Source: Paraspadella gotoi
Lineage: Eukaryota; Animalia; Chaetognatha
NCBI GenBank assembly: GCA_051294375.1
Contig: CM119270.1
Span: 9,929,086 to 9,993,085, forward strand
Length of the DNA stretch: 64,000 bases
Direction: 5' to 3'
Shown: positions 12,101 to 25,559 of the stretch, piece after piece
Position numbering within the stretch: the stretch's first letter is position 1
Layout of the letters: every line of letters begins with the position of its first letter
The notes under the pieces: model-generated
What the model was told of the DNA's origin: nothing
What the model saw: only the letters and a program-made list of their open reading frames with translations
Database searches by the model: none
Made by a program: the position numbers and the translations under genes

Positions 12101-12949
12101 ATATCATTATCGTTAACTGAGTATGTTCAACTAGTATATTTTGTTAATAGGGATATTTATTTATTTCTATTCACGTCTAAATATTTTGTTGCGTCCTCTC
12201 TGTCCTCGCTCTCTCTCCGTCTCTTTTCTTTCTCTCTTGTGTGTCTCTCTCTTTGTCTCTCTCTGTCTCTCTATCTGTTGTCTGTCTCTCTCTGTATGAT
12301 CTTTGCGGGGGGAAAAATTTCGGATTTTTTCCGTTTTTTTTTTAAAAAAAATTTTTTTCTTTGATTTATTTTTTTTTTTTTCTTAATTAAAAAAACTTTT
12401 ATATCGCCATTTATTATTTATCTCAATACAAGAATCCCAAAATACAAAACACTTACCTAGATTTCGTGGGTCGTGCGGGCAACGAGTAAACAATGTCAAG
12501 AACAATAAAAAAATCCAATGACCCAATTTCACGACGCTTGCGAGGCAACGCGATAACGATATAAACGAATACCTATAATTGCGTTCTCGTTGTGGAAAAT
12601 CTCTCTCCTCTCTCTCTTATTTCCGCTCTCTTCTCTTGTCTCACTCTCTCTCCCTCTTTTCTCTCTCTCTCTCTCTCTCCTTCTCTCTCTCCTCTTTCTA
12701 CTCCTTTTTTTGTTTATCATAAAAAAAATTCTTATTAAGTTGTTTTGCTTTTCTTTTGATGGATCATGCATTGCCGAACCCGAGCCTTTGGTATTGAGGT
12801 AGGAGCTCGCGACTAGCTGCTCCTTTCTCCGGTACGATTCAGCTTCTCTCTCTCTTAAATTAGTATGTTCTTCTCGCTCTCTCTTCTCCGTCGCTGTTCT
12901 TCTGATTCTGATTTAGTGACGTTCAGTCTCGTTCGTGTCTCTATATTCC

Positions 12950-13888
12950 AACTTGCATACTTTTTTTCAACTGCAATTTTTTTCAACTGCATAATTTTTT
13001 AACTTGCATAATTTGGGTTGTTGTGGTTTTAACTGCATAACTTTTTTTAACTTGCCATAATATTAACTTATATATATATATATTTTTATACTTGCATAAT
13101 TTATATCTATAATTTTTCAACTCGCATAATTTTTTCAACTCGCATATTTTTTTAATTTGCATAAATTTTTCAACTTGCATAATTTTTTTAACTTGCATAA
13201 TTTTTCCAATTTGCATAATTTTTTAATTTGCATAATTTTTTAACTTGCATAATTTTTCAACTTGCATAATTTTTTTCAACTTGCATAATTTTTTCAATTT
13301 GCATAATTTTTTTAACTTGCATAATTTTTTTAACTTGCATAATTTTTTCAATTTGCATAATTTTTTAAACTTGCATAATTTTTTTGAATTTGTATAATTT
13401 TTAAACTTGCATAATTTTTTAAATTGCATAATTTTTTCAACTTGTATATTTTTTTAACTTGCAGAATTTTTTAATTTGCATAATTTTTTCAACTTGCATT
13501 ATTTTTAACTCTGTATAATTGTTTCAACTTGCTATAATTTTTTCAACTTGCATAATTTTTTCAACTTTCATAATTTTTTCAACTTGTATGATTTTTTTAA
13601 CTTGCATAATTTTTTAATTTGCATAATTTTTTAAATTGTATCTATTTTTCAACTTGTATAATTTTTAAACTTGCATAATTTTTTCAATTTGCATAATTTT
13701 TTCAACTTGCATTATTTTTTAACTTGCATAATTTTTCAACTTGCATAATTTTTCAATGCCATAATTTTTTCAACTTGCATAATTTTTTTAACTTGTATAA
13801 TTTTTTTAACTGCATATTTTTTTTAATTTGCATAATTTTTTAATTGCATAATTTTTTCAACTTGCATAATTTTTTCAACTTGCATAAT
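12950..13888 (+). repeat. 18-19 bp tandem satellite (caacttgcataattttttt), roughly 50 units
   Basis: Directly visible array. The unit is related to the 18-bp internal repeat of the HINE-like elements. Confidence 0.95.
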
Positions 13889-15502
13889 ATAGCAGTCAGT
13901 ATTACTAAAAAAAAAAGAAGTTATAAAATTATTCTAATTGAGAAGGATACAACTGACCAGTAGCTAATAAAAGCATCATGAACAATTAATTAAAAACTAT
14001 GTTTATTATGCTAAAAAAAATTCAAAGTTATAAATTTTTTCATATATTTAATTATTTAAATTATTTATTTTCTATATCAAAACATAATCGTAATAAACTT
14101 CCTATATATGTATTTGAAGGCCTATATTAGGTAGGTAAGTCCCTTATAATATAAAATTTTTCTTCAATCATTTGGCATAGTTATAATTTTTTTTAATTTA
14201 AATTATTTGAAAAAAATTAAAATAATATTTTAATAAAGAAAATTAATTACAACTATTAAAGATAGAATAATGGTTATGGACTCAAAACGAAAGGAAATTG
14301 TTCATAGATTATAGATGATGCATGATATTTTCATTTTTAAAAAAATTTAAACCATTTTTTAATTTTTTTTATTCTACTTTATTGATTTTATATAGCTAAT
14401 TTTAATATTAATTTTAAAAAAAACTGTCATTAGGAAAAATTTGTTTACCCTTTTTTTGTGTAGCCCAAAGGTCCGGAAACATATCCCGGGACATCTCATT
14501 CTTGTGCACTCGATGCCGATTAAATCGATGTAAAAAGGAACCGTGTATAAATATAATCACTGCGAAAATTAAAAAACATAAAATTATTTTTTTTACAAAT
14601 TTAATGCTTCACTGATGGTATGTTGTTCATAATTGACTTTTCGTATGTAACTTTCACTACGCCTTAATGGTCACGTGACCAATTTCCACCAATCACAGAT
14701 CGCAATTTAAGATTCTTTTAAAAATTTTAAAATTTGCAGTAGATCCTGAATATTTTTTTGGAATTTATTATTGTGAAATCAAATAAAACTACATTGGGTA
14801 AAGGAATCACCGACAGGCAACATATTTAGAAAAATTATATGTGCATATGATCCGCCCTAGGCCTGTCTATTGTACAATTTACACGAAAACGTGTTTAAAG
14901 AAAAGTCAAAACAATTGTAAAACAAATACTTGTAATTGTTATCAAATGGGCATGAATACTTTAATGGCATCACGACATCGTGTCTGATTTGTTTGATTCA
15001 CTGAACCAAGGAAAGTCGACCGTTTTCCTGAGATTTCGCCATCTTCATCATCCTCTGTTTCGCAGCAACGGCCTCTTGATAATCCTGCATTACAAATATT
15101 TCTTATGAAATTGGTACAACCAATTATATATTATTAAAATTAATAAATAATCTATCTTGACCCCTGACTTTGGACAATGACATAGCAGGTCCCTGCAAGC
15201 TTTCAATCAAGACTCTCTCTCAGTTTCGTTTATTCACTCCTAAATTACCTGGCTTCCCTATCAATGAAGTGGTATAATGTTTTAAAGAATGTTTCAATTG
15301 TATGAAAAGTAGTATATTGTACTCCGCCCAGCATCAAAAATACAAGAAGCTGAATTTTATGAAAATTGGTACAACCAATATAAAAATTATCCATTCATTT
15401 AATAAATAATTATTTAGTATGTTAATTATTTATTTAGTCTATAAACATTTTTAATTTAGGTTACGATTAATTCGTCAATGATTGAATATTAAAATATCTC
15501 AC

Positions 15503-15747
15503 CTTGAACGTTCTCACGTGAGAAAAAGTCTTGAAGGGGCGTGGAGATAGGAATGAGGGCGTGTGAAGGGCTGAGGCGCATTGAGGGCGTGGGGGCGCTG
15601 CGGGTTTGGGGGTCGGAGCGACGGGGAACAGAGGGGGTTGGCGAAGATTCCTGGCTCGACTCGGCGATGGTGGCGTGAGTGGGGGCGGGAGTGGTGAGGA
15701 AAGGGTGAAAGTCTTCGAGCGATCGACTTAATCGGTGGTTTAAGTAT
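15503..15747 (-). CDS. PRRT3/4-like exon 12 (Ser/Pro/Thr-rich tail)
   Basis: gttcag| (G)YLNHRLSRSLEDFHPFLTTPAPT...LQDFFSRENVQ(G) |gtgaga; phase 2 in, 1 out. If the donor is not used, a stop follows at 15489. Confidence 0.72.
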
Positions 15748-16145
15748 CTGAACATTTAATAAAAAAATAAAGAAAAAATAATAAATAGTGGAGATTCTGA
15801 GTATTATTATATAAGAAAGAAAATAAAATCGACGGACGAATTCTTTAAAAATTCCATTGCCCGATAAGAAATTATTTTGAATTCTTCTTTGTATTGTTTT
15901 GTTTACCAATGTAACCAAAGTTTCTCTCTCTATAAAAATGAATGCCACTTTGTACAATTAGCCAATTCGATTACATTCGCTTTTCTGATTTCAATAAATC
16001 GATTCAACTCATTTTGTTCGCCATTTTTATCTCAAGTTAAGCGTTGCTCAATTATCTACATAACATGAATCACATGAGCCCATTCACCCAAATTTTTCCA
16101 AGCATTTTCCATCTCACCTCTCCTCACACACCCCGACTCCCTCAC

Positions 16146-16284
16146 CCGCTTTCCAGTCCCGACTCTGCATCGAATGGTCCCTCCAGCTGCTGACCCAAGA
16201 GACTCTTTCTCGATCGAGCGCCGACGCCGACGCGAGAACAGGAGCCTCGTTGGGGAATGGCCAGGCCGAGACCGCGGTTCTCGC
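16146..16284 (-). CDS. PRRT3/4-like exon 11
   Basis: atccag| (G)ENRGLGLAIPQRGSCSRVGVGARSRKSLLGQQLEGPFDAESGLES(G) |gtgagg; phase 1 in, 2 out. Confidence 0.75.
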
Positions 16285-16473
16285 CTGGATGGAGGAAAGG
16301 GAGAGGAAAGGGAGGAAAGGGAAGAGGAAAATATAGGGAAAAGATTGGACAAAGGAAGAAAGGAGAGACGAAAAAGGGAGAAAGAAAGGGAGAAAAAAAG
16401 AAAAAGGAGAAATTTATAAAGGAGAAGAAAAAAGGAAAAACGAAGGAGAAAAAAACGAGTTGAAAATGAAGTC

Positions 16474-17160
16474 AACAAGTTTGAGCAAACAATGTCGGAT
16501 CTGCCTACGATAATTAAGTGGTAATAAGCTAACTTGGTTAACTTGCATAATTTAATCAACTTGCATTATTTGGTCAACTAGCATAATTTGGTCAACTGAC
16601 ATAATTTTGTCAGCTGGCATAATTTGGTCAACTGACATAATTTGGTCAACTGACAAAATTTGGTCAACTGACAAAATTTGGTCAACTTACAAAATTTGGT
16701 CAACTGACAAAATTTGGTCAACTGACAAAATTTGGTCAACTGACATAATTTGGTCAACTGACATAATTTGGTCAACTGACTTAATTTGTTTAACTGACTT
16801 AATTTATTTAACTGATTTAATTTGTTTAACTGACATAATTTGGTTAACTGTCATAATTTGTTCAACTGACATAATTTGGTAAACTGACATAATTTGGTTA
16901 TATCCATCTCAATCACAGTTTCCTACCTACACACAAAATTTCATACCAATCCATCCATCCAATCACGAGTAATTGGAGTTTTTTGCTAAGGGTGGACGGA
17001 CGAAAGGACGGATGGATGGACATTTTTTTGCATAATTTATCATAGTTCGAGGTTCTGTTATGATAATAATTATTTACCGACAATATTTTGGGGTGGGACC
17101 GACGGACCGACAAAGTGAATTATAGAGTCGGAATCTGCTGATTAGCAAATCTGACTAAAA
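16474..17160 (-). mobile_element. DINE-1/HINE-like (Helentron-associated) element with 18-bp internal tandem array
   Basis: AACAAGTTTGAGCAAACAATGTCGGATCTGCC end; aatttggtcaactgacat array; GGAC microsatellite; GTCGGAATCTGCTGATTAGCAAATCTGACTAAAA end (subterminal inverted repeat plus palindrome); T-rich flanks, no TSD. Confidence 0.8.
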
Positions 17161-17229
17161 AAAGGGGAAGACAGAAAAGGGTGAAAGATTTAAAAGAATA
17201 AAAGGAGAGAAAAAAGAGAAGGAAAAAAA

Positions 17230-17262
<33 letters not shown>

Positions 17263-17281
17263 ATCTCTCTATCTAACCCAC

Positions 17282-17415
17282 CCGAGAGCGTGAGAAGGCC
17301 TTGCTTGTTCAACTCCCTCTCTATCGAGTCCGAGATGGAACAGGACGGAGGACGAAACGTCCAAGTTGCCTCCGATTTGATGGAACGCAAATCCGCTTCG
17401 CTGTCGAGACCAAAT
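17282..17415 (-). CDS. PRRT3/4-like exon 10 (RPPS motif)
   Basis: Follows a 61-nt intron: ttttag| (R)FGLDSEADLRSIKSEATWTFRPPSCSISDSIERELNKQGLLTLS(G) |gtgggt; phase 2 in, 1 out. Confidence 0.82.
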
Positions 17416-17476
17416 CTAAAAAAAGATTGTTCAATCAAAACAAAACGATGGAGCAATCAAAACCACTCGAGCTTAC

Positions 17477-17751
17477 CTGTCAACCAACGGCCCTCCTCCG
17501 TCTAGCGAAGTCATCATCATCTTTTCACTCTTCCTCCTCATTTCCTCCTCCTCTTCCTCTTCCTCGATTCCAAGGCGCCCATGTCCTAACCCGGCATCTT
17601 TTTTAAAAATGGCGCCGGTGGGAAAACCAGGTTCGAATCCGGCGTTGTCGACGCGGAATCTAGGGGCGACGTGGTGGAACCGGGCGCGGTCCTGGTCGAC
17701 CTCGGGCAGTTCGTTTTCGTCCGGAGTGGAACAACTGTTGCCTTCGCCGCT
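17477..17751 (-). CDS. PRRT3/4-like exon 9
   Basis: aaag| SGEGNSCSTPDENELPEVDQDRARF...VDNAGFEP...GGPLVD(R) |gtaagc; phase 0 in, 2 out. The AAG acceptor is weaker than the others. Confidence 0.7.
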
Positions 17752-18189
17752 CTTTTTGGGGGTCGGGGGGAAAGGGGGGAGGAAATGAAAATAGTGCACT
17801 GGTGGTCAATGTTCAAATCGTCAAATATTGAAAATAATTTTTATTTTCAATAATTTTTATTTAATTTTTTTTTAATTATTGGGTATTTGGTTTTGAATTC
17901 TTGTTTTTTTTAATTTCTCTATCTCTATCTCTCTCTCTCTCTCTTTTTTTTTTTATTTCTTTCTTTTTTTCCTCGCCAACCTTTTGAAGTGGATACATTG
18001 GTAGACGCGTCAAAACAGCGCCAATCAAATTCCGAGAGATGAACCTCCGCTTCATCTTGACTTTTCTTTCTTTCTTTTTTTCTTTCTCTCTTTCTCTCAT
18101 CACAGAAGATAGCTCGATTCCATTTCGGTGATTTCTCCCCGAGCTTCTGATCCGGTTCCATCTCTGTATCTTCTGTGATGCTCTCTTGC

Positions 18190-18600
18190 TTTATTTCTCT
18201 CTTTCATTATTTCTTTATTTTTTTATTTCCTTATTTCTTTATTTCATTATTTCATTATTTCATTATTTCATTATTTCATTATTTCATTATTTCTATATTT
18301 CTATATTTCTATATTTCTATATTTTTTATTTCTTTATTTCTGTATTTCTGTATTTCTTTATTTCTATATTTCTTTATTTCTTTATTTCTTTATTTCTATA
18401 TTTCTATATTTCTATATTTCTTTATTTCTTTATTTTTATATTTCTTTATTTCTTTATTTATTTATTTATTTATTTTTTTTTTATTTTTTTATTTTTTTAT
18501 TTTTTTATTTCTTTATTTCTTTATTTCTTTCTTTCAATTATTTTTTCTTTTTTTTTCTTCCTTTCTTTCTTTATCGATTTACTTTATTTATTTTTCTTAT
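18190..18600 (+). repeat. 8-bp minisatellite (tatttctt/tatttcat/tatttcta)
   Basis: Visible tandem array; explains the spurious FISLFLY ORFs. Confidence 0.9.
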
Positions 18601-18938
18601 TTTGGAAGACAATTTTTGGCTCAGAGACATTTTTCAGCCAAAACAAAAACATCAGAGACCGAAAAAATCGATACAAAAACGATCAGTATTTATAGAGGTC
18701 AATCGCATCATCGACACGGGTTCATTTTCCCGATGGCATGAAACCCTTCTTCTCATTGGTCGGTTCCGATGGTGATTCGTCTAATGAGAGAATCCTCGGC
18801 GAATTATATCAGAGTCGCGGATCCGATTCCAACTTTGGTTCCGATTCCCTTTTCGATGAGTAGGCCAATCCGTGTCTCACCTTACACCAACCAACTACCA
18901 CCCAAAGATTCACCCAACATCCCCTCACCCACCCTTAC

Positions 18939-19038
18939 CTCTCCGTCCAAGTCCAAGCGGATAAATCCGTCTTGAACAACGAGTAGGGATTTTGTGACCG
19001 ACTTTGTCGCTGACGCCGTCGACCCTGGCGTCGCGCAT
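18939..19038 (-). CDS. PRRT3/4-like exon 8
   Basis: ccacag| (R)CATPGSTASATKSVTKSLLVVQDGFIRLDLDGE |gtaagg; phase 2 in, 0 out. Confidence 0.82.
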
Positions 19039-19450
19039 CTGTGGAGGAATTTCGATTACCTAAATTTCATTTGCATATTGGAGAAAAATAGCTTTAGGTC
19101 TAACCTAGTTTCAAAGTGTGATATGAAACTATTAGTCGTTTAAATTCGTTCATCTTTAATTTACGTAGAATGATGGGTTTAAACCTAATTGGCATTAAAA
19201 AGAAATCTATCAATTTGATAAGGATAATGGATTGAAAAATAGCAGCAGTGAAAATTTTGCAATTTGTGACACAAATTGTGTAAAAACTATAGTAAAAGCA
19301 AAATGTTCAAGTTGTCAGTATAATCTTCAAGCTAAATAGTCGATTCCGTCATTACTTTTGAGTTAAGAAAAATGTTGGTCTTAAAAAAAATATTTGTTAG
19401 AAATTAAGTTTTAAAAAGTCTACTTCGTCGCCGCCATTTCTGTCACCCAC

Positions 19451-19694
19451 CTTGACGTGGTGTAGTCAATCGTCGTGGCGCAGTGAGTCTCCATGGTGGC
19501 GCAGCGATCATCTTCCTCGCTTGGAGTTGGAGACGCGCGGGAAAAGTCACGATGGTGACGCAACTTGTGCCCCAAACCAGAAGTTGGCGTGGAGTCGTAA
19601 CTGAACGGAGACGAGTGGTGAGAGCGGCGGGGGGTGTCGACGACGTCGTGACGCTGCATTCCCCTGCAGGTGGCGCAGCAGAAGCCGCAGCAGC
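19451..19694 (-). CDS. PRRT3/4-like exon 7 (Cys-rich membrane-proximal tail)
   Basis: caacag| (G)CCGFCCATCRGMQRHDVVDTPRRS...TIDYTTS(R) |gtgggt; phase 1 in, 2 out. Confidence 0.8.
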
Positions 19695-20129
19695 CTGTTG
19701 GAGGAAAGGTGGAGGAAAAATGGAGAAGAGAGAGATATTAAGGGAAATAATTAAATAAATTCAATAAATTCAATAAATAATATAATATATATATATATAT
19801 ATAAAATATATAAAATTTCATAATATATAATAATCGAAAAACTAGAAACGTGAATAAAAATAAAACAAAACAAAACTAAACCAAAATAATAAGAATTTGA
19901 ATTTCGACGGGATTCGGATTTAGATTTTATCTGTTCTTTGGTCGTCGGTTGTCAGAGAAACCGTCTCCCTTGGGAGAATGATCCAGCAAATTATATTAGT
20001 TATAATATTCATAATGTTTACAGAGTTATATGGCGAAAATGCAAACCATAGATGATTGCAATATGTTTTCCAACGTTTTAAATGCCAAGAAACTCAAGTC
20101 AGGAAAACAAATTCTCAATGGGGAGAGAA

Positions 20130-20209
<80 letters not shown>

Positions 20210-20214
20210 GAGAG

Positions 20215-20246
<32 letters not shown>

Positions 20247-20388
20247 TCTAAGAAAAGATGACGGCTGCAACAAAATTGTCAAAGAGACGAAAAGACATAG
20301 GTGAAAACCAGACAGACGGACTGACCGATAGAGACGGAGAGATTTAAATCCAAACAGCCATGACATCCACACAGACCTCTTAACGAAC

Positions 20389-20557
20389 CTGGATAAGGAT
20401 TCTTCGGTCGGTGTCTGAGAAGGAGATTTGCCGCGACGACGACGAAGATAATGAAGACGACTTCGAGGGAGCGCATGACCGAATGGAAGCACCACCAGAG
20501 GAACGGGGAAGGGGGCGCTCGATTGAGCACACCGTAGACAAAAAGCATGCCGAACAC
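20389..20557 (-). CDS. PRRT3/4-like exon 6 (TM6 end, TM7)
   Basis: cctag| VFGMLFVYGVLNRAPPSPFLWWCFHSVMRSLEVVFIIFVVVAANLLLRHRPKNPYP(G) |gttcgt; phase 1 out. An in-phase alternative donor lies 12 nt further on. Confidence 0.88.
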
Positions 20558-20611
20558 CTAGGGAGTTCAAGAGAAAGAGTACAGAAGGCTTCGTATTATA
20601 AAATGAGGTAC

Positions 20612-20844
20612 TATGGTGGTATATTCACACCACCTCACGTCCTCGATCGTTCAGCCAATACCATTGACTCAGAGGGGGGACACACCATCCCAGGCGTTGC
20701 GTTCCATCCACAGTCCTAACGACTTCCCTCTGCGTCCTAGGGTAACCGCACCAGTGACTGGATGCGTCACTGAGGGTCGGAAACCCCCAAAGCCAACAGT
20801 GAGATGCCCCATCCCAATGGGCATCACAGGCAACGCGGCTGTTG
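20612..20844 (+). mobile_element. TRIM-B LTR, 3' end clipped, inserted after GTAC in a host repeat
   Basis: TATGGTGGTATATTCACACCACC...GGCAACGCGGCTGTTG; homologous to 4923-5177. Confidence 0.8.
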
Positions 20845-20992
20845 TGACCAGAACTTGTTCCGAGAAAACTGCTGGACCAAATTTATTGATCCTTATGTGA
20901 ATACAAATAGAACTATCGAGGCGAATTTCAATATTTGACCTCTGAGCTTCCCAAGACCCCTCCAGCTCCCGTTTTCGGGTGCAATCCTTACT

Positions 20993-21085
20993 TTTTATCG
21001 AGCCATGACCGGCGAAGCCGGTTCAGGCTCTATAATGTTTTAGGATTGCTTCTTTGTGACGTCGTCGTCGTCGTCACGCTGTTTT
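20993..21085 (+). mobile_element. End of a second HINE-like family (inverse copy at ~33865-33966)
   Basis: TTTTTATCGAGCC-ATGACCGGCGAAGCCGGTTCA-GGCTC-TATAA hairpin end followed by (GTC)n; reverse-complement copy at 33865-33966. Confidence 0.6.
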
Positions 21086-22177
21086 TATATAAAAACTACT
21101 GCGCTTTTATAGTTTTGGCTGGGACTTACCGTTTTTTTTAAATAAAAATTATTATGAATTACAATGAAGTATTATAAAAGTGTGCCATCATAGTAAGTTA
21201 AAAATTTAGATATGGCTTCTTATCTTGAAATAGCTTTGATATTTTCTTATACATTTGTTGTTTTAATTTTTTTGTTTGAATTTCCACTTCATTATTATTT
21301 ACTGCAATATGCCAAATGAGATTATAGTACTCATTATAATATCCAAATTAGTATATAGAAATGCTTTAATCTAATTTACATATTGCAGAATTTAATATTG
21401 AAGATGAAATTCAAAAAAATTTTTTAAATCTATAATAAAAATGGGAACTCCAAATAACTTTTTAATGTACTAATTCATAAGAAACTATAAAATATAACGT
21501 TCAAGAACATTCAAAATTCAAATTTTTAAACCAAAAAATCAAGAAACAAAAGACACAAACGTTTAATGGACTCATCAATAAAATATTATGAACTAATTCA
21601 TAAGAAACTATAAAATACAAGAACAAATACAAATACAAGAACGTTCAAAATTCAAATTTTAAACCAAAAAATATGAAAACAAAGACAAAAACAAAAAAAT
21701 AAAGCATAAACGAAAAACAACGTTAATAAAAACAAGAACAAAATAAAAAATATAAAGCATAAATGAAATATACCTAAAATGTATAATTATAATGTGTTAA
21801 AGTAAAGGCAAAAAATAGGAATTTTTTTTTATAAAAAATTTTTAATAATCGTAAAACGTCAAGGTTTTATTTTTATAAAACGTCATTATAAGTATTTAAT
21901 GCTTAGTGTATAAATATACCAAAAATTTATAATAAAATGTGTTAAAGTAAAGGGCAGAGGACCACAATGCTATTAATAGAATAAAAAACTACAATCAATA
22001 TATTATATATCTACATATATACAACACACATATACAGTACATATATATATAAGCACGCAAATCAACAGAAAGGAGACACTTATAAAAACTAAAGACGCTC
22101 AATAAAAAACAAAGAAGAAAAAAGACGCTAAAACGAAATGAGACCTACAAGAGACGCTAAAAAACAAATGAGTATCT

Positions 22178-22512
22178 TATGCAACAGGTTGCTGTGATGG
22201 CATTGGGATGGGCATTTACTGTTGGTTGGGGGCTTAACGACTCATAGCATCCAGTACTGGCGCGGACCAGGCGGTCCGCTTTGCAAGCAAGATGGGATCA
22301 TTAGGACTGTGGATGGATATAAGTGGGATGTGTGCCACCCTGAGCCAATGTTTGGCTGAACGATCGTGGAGTGAGCGGTTGTGTATATACCCCACAGGAT
22401 CGGCAAGACTCACTCAGTCCTCAAGCCTGAGAGGTGTTGGACAGACTGGTACCAAGTGGGAGAGAGAGGAGAGAGCTGCAGTTGTGGGGGCATATCGGTT
22501 TGTCGTAGCGTA
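22178..22512 (-). mobile_element. TRIM-B copy (LTR 22178-22396 plus internal region), indel-ridden
   Basis: Reverse complement of 29200-29604 with many single-base deletions. Confidence 0.75.
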
Positions 22513-23476
22513 CCCCAGGGGCATAGGCGTTTGTCTACTACCCAATCAGCAGGCAATAGCTTTATACTAAATTCTTTCATATACTCACCCACTTTGCAAC
22601 AGCCTTGCTGTATCCCATTGGGATGGGGCATCCTCAACTGTTGGCTTTCTTCCACCCTCATTACCCATCCATCACTCCCTTACCTACTCTCGCTTTGCAA
22701 CCAAAAGGAAGTGCAAAGGACTGTTGATTGGAACAATATGCCTGGGTTTTTCCCACCTACCAAATATTTGGCTGAACATTTGGATGGAGGCTGTGAATAA
22801 CCGCCAAAAATATCAACGTATCACGTATCACGCTAATAAAAACAAAGAAAATAAAAAATAAAAAGACGCTAATAAAAATAATGAATAATAATAATAAAAA
22901 CAAAGATGCTAATAAACATACCACATAAAAATAAAAATGTGGTCCCACAATACCTACAATACATCTAAAATTTCATTCAAGATAAAAAATTTTTAAGATG
23001 AGGAAATGAAATTTATTTGAATAAGTAAAAAAAATATTTGGAAGTCAAAAATATCATAGTCGTTAACTGATTATTGTCAACTATATATTTTGTTAATAGA
23101 GATTATAATTTTTTGACCGTTATTATTGAAAATAGTTTAGCCTTATAGCGACGAGTTTTCATTTCATACAATCAATATCAATCTCATTAATTTTCAATAA
23201 TATGCAAAAAAATAAGGTTTTCAACCTCATTTTGAACTAGATGAACAAAAGACTTCAGTCTTATTTCAATTGAAAAAAAAATAGAAAGTTAATTGATGCT
23301 TAATCACACTCTAATAAAACAATTTTATTTTTATCACGCCACTTTTTTTTAATACAAAATCCCAAATTTATTTCCGAGATTTTCGTGGATTTTTATTTTT
23401 TACCTTCTAAAAACTTTTATTATTATTTTATTATTCTCTCTATATTTCTCTCTCAATCAACTCTCTGTCGCTCTCT

Positions 23477-23522
<46 letters not shown>

Positions 23523-23534
23523 ATTAACTCATCA

Positions 23535-23780
23535 CGTCAATGAATGACTAGCATCGCATCAATGAATGACTATCATCGCATCATATGAATGACTATCATC
23601 GCATCAATGAATGATTATCATCCGATCAATGAAGGACTATCATCGCATCAATGAATGATTATCATCGCATCAATGAATGACTATCATCGCATCCATCATT
23701 TGGTTATCCATCGCATCAATCCTTCGGTTATCATCGCATCAATATTTGGTTATCATCGCATCAATATTTGGTTATCATCA
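23535..23780 (+). repeat. ~22-bp minisatellite (atgaatgactatcatcgcatca); inverse copies at ~27000-27090 and ~31410-31650
   Basis: Visible tandem units, always next to CT/GA microsatellite-bearing repeats. Confidence 0.8.
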
Positions 23781-25559
23781 AAAGTAGGCCTGCGATTCCT
23801 ATTGCTTTTAAGATTTTTTAGCCCGGATCGCTTTCGGTTTCGAGTGCACATCACTTCCTTCCTTTAGAAATTTTACATTTGTTATTATTTATAAAAATAT
23901 TCTCTTGAGACATGTAATTCATTCAACAATCTTTTTTGTTAACAAATAACAACTGAAATTTTTACTATGAAAACTTGTAAGATTTGTAAGATTGTAAGAA
24001 TCGTTTGAGTGGAAATTACTTTAAATGAAAAAACAAAAAACCTGTTTCCCTATTTGCTTTTTTCTTTTTTATTAAATGTAAATACAAGCTGCATTAATTA
24101 TTCAATTAATCAATTAATTAATCAAAAAATCAATTAACTAATCAACTAATCAATCAAAAAATTAATTAATCAATTAATTTATCAATCAACTAATTAATAA
24201 TTTTATTTATCAATAAATTATTAAAAAAACCAATTAATTAATTAATCAATCAATTGATCAATCAATTAAACAATGTCAGTATTATCATTGTCGTCATCTC
24301 CAACGTCATTTTTGCTTTTGTCCTTATCAGTGACCTGACAAAAAGACCTAAAAACTAACAGGCCTGATATGAATTTCATTTAATTGATCAATCAATAATT
24401 CAATTAATCACGATGGTGATATCCTCGTCGTCATCATCATCATCATGGTCGTCATTTCTTTTGTCATAATGAAAAGACGAAAAAACAAACAAGTTTGAGC
24501 TAACAATGCCAAAACTGATCAGTTAATTAATTATTCAATCAATTAATCAACAACAACTAGTATTTACATTGGCTGAGAAAAAGGTCAGCCATAACAAGGT
24601 CGGGTAAGAACAGGTCATTCTTATTGACCATTACTGTACTACGGGTCACAAAGTACAAAGACTTCATCGTCGTCTTTTTCATTGTATTCGTCGTCGTTGT
24701 CGTCTTTGTTAAAACCTAAATGTTCTATGTTAATCTTTTAATTAATCAATATGTCATTAATTAATTATTAATTACCGCTAATGATCGTGGGCAGATCCGG
24801 CATTGTTTGCTCAAACTTGTTTATTAATAATTTAGATTTATTTATTTTATATATATTTTTTTATTTGCTTTTTTGTTCAGTGCGAGAGGGGAAAAAAAAA
24901 GAAGAGAAAGAGAGAGGGAGAGAGTTTGTTAGAGATATAAGTATGTATAAGCACAATATTATGCAATATTGCCAATAAAGCAGATCAATCTTTTTGGTTC
25001 AAACTAGTTTGTAACATGAAAAACCTTATGGATTTAAAAAAAAGTAGACTTAAATTTAAAGAAAAACAACAAAAATATAATAAATAAAATTTTTAGTTTT
25101 ATTGAATTTAAAAAAGCTTAATTTATATTTTAATTTAACTTATAACTACAGTTTTTTCATATAAAAAAAATCTTTTGTTCAGCTCAGATTTTATTTCAAT
25201 ATATTAAAAAGAATAATTAAAAAATTAAATGTAATTTTTTTCATCGTGAATTTTTTTTTCATTTTGTTGTGTTTAAAATAACAAAAGTTTAAAATTGTTT
25301 TTAACAACGATTTACAATGTATTAAAAAATCGTTGTTGAAAGCAATTTCAAACTTCTTCTATTAGTAATTTTTTTCATTGATTCTCGACCAAAGAGAAAG
25401 AGAGAACAAAAAAAAACCAAAAAATAAAAGAAGAAAATAAGAAAAAGTGAATAAAAATATTAAGAGAAAACAATTTTAAATGTTGAAATCAAGAAAGAGC
25501 AGGGGGTTGCAAAGATTTTAATACATTAAATACCTTTCATTTCTAACCAATAAAAACAA

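Noticed and set aside
14904-15084. Terminal exon of the PRRT-like gene (tgcag|GLSRGRCCETEDD...)
   Set aside because: Phase fits, but it lies among repeat-like, indel-rich sequence and has no recognisable motif; left unresolved.
16540-16900. CRISPR-like or repeat-protein reading of the 18-bp arrays (QLTKLC/VDQIM ORFs; also ~27230, ~34970, ~12950)
   Set aside because: Head-to-tail repeats with no unique spacers and no cas genes, mostly inside HINE-like elements; the ORFs are by-products of an 18-nt period.
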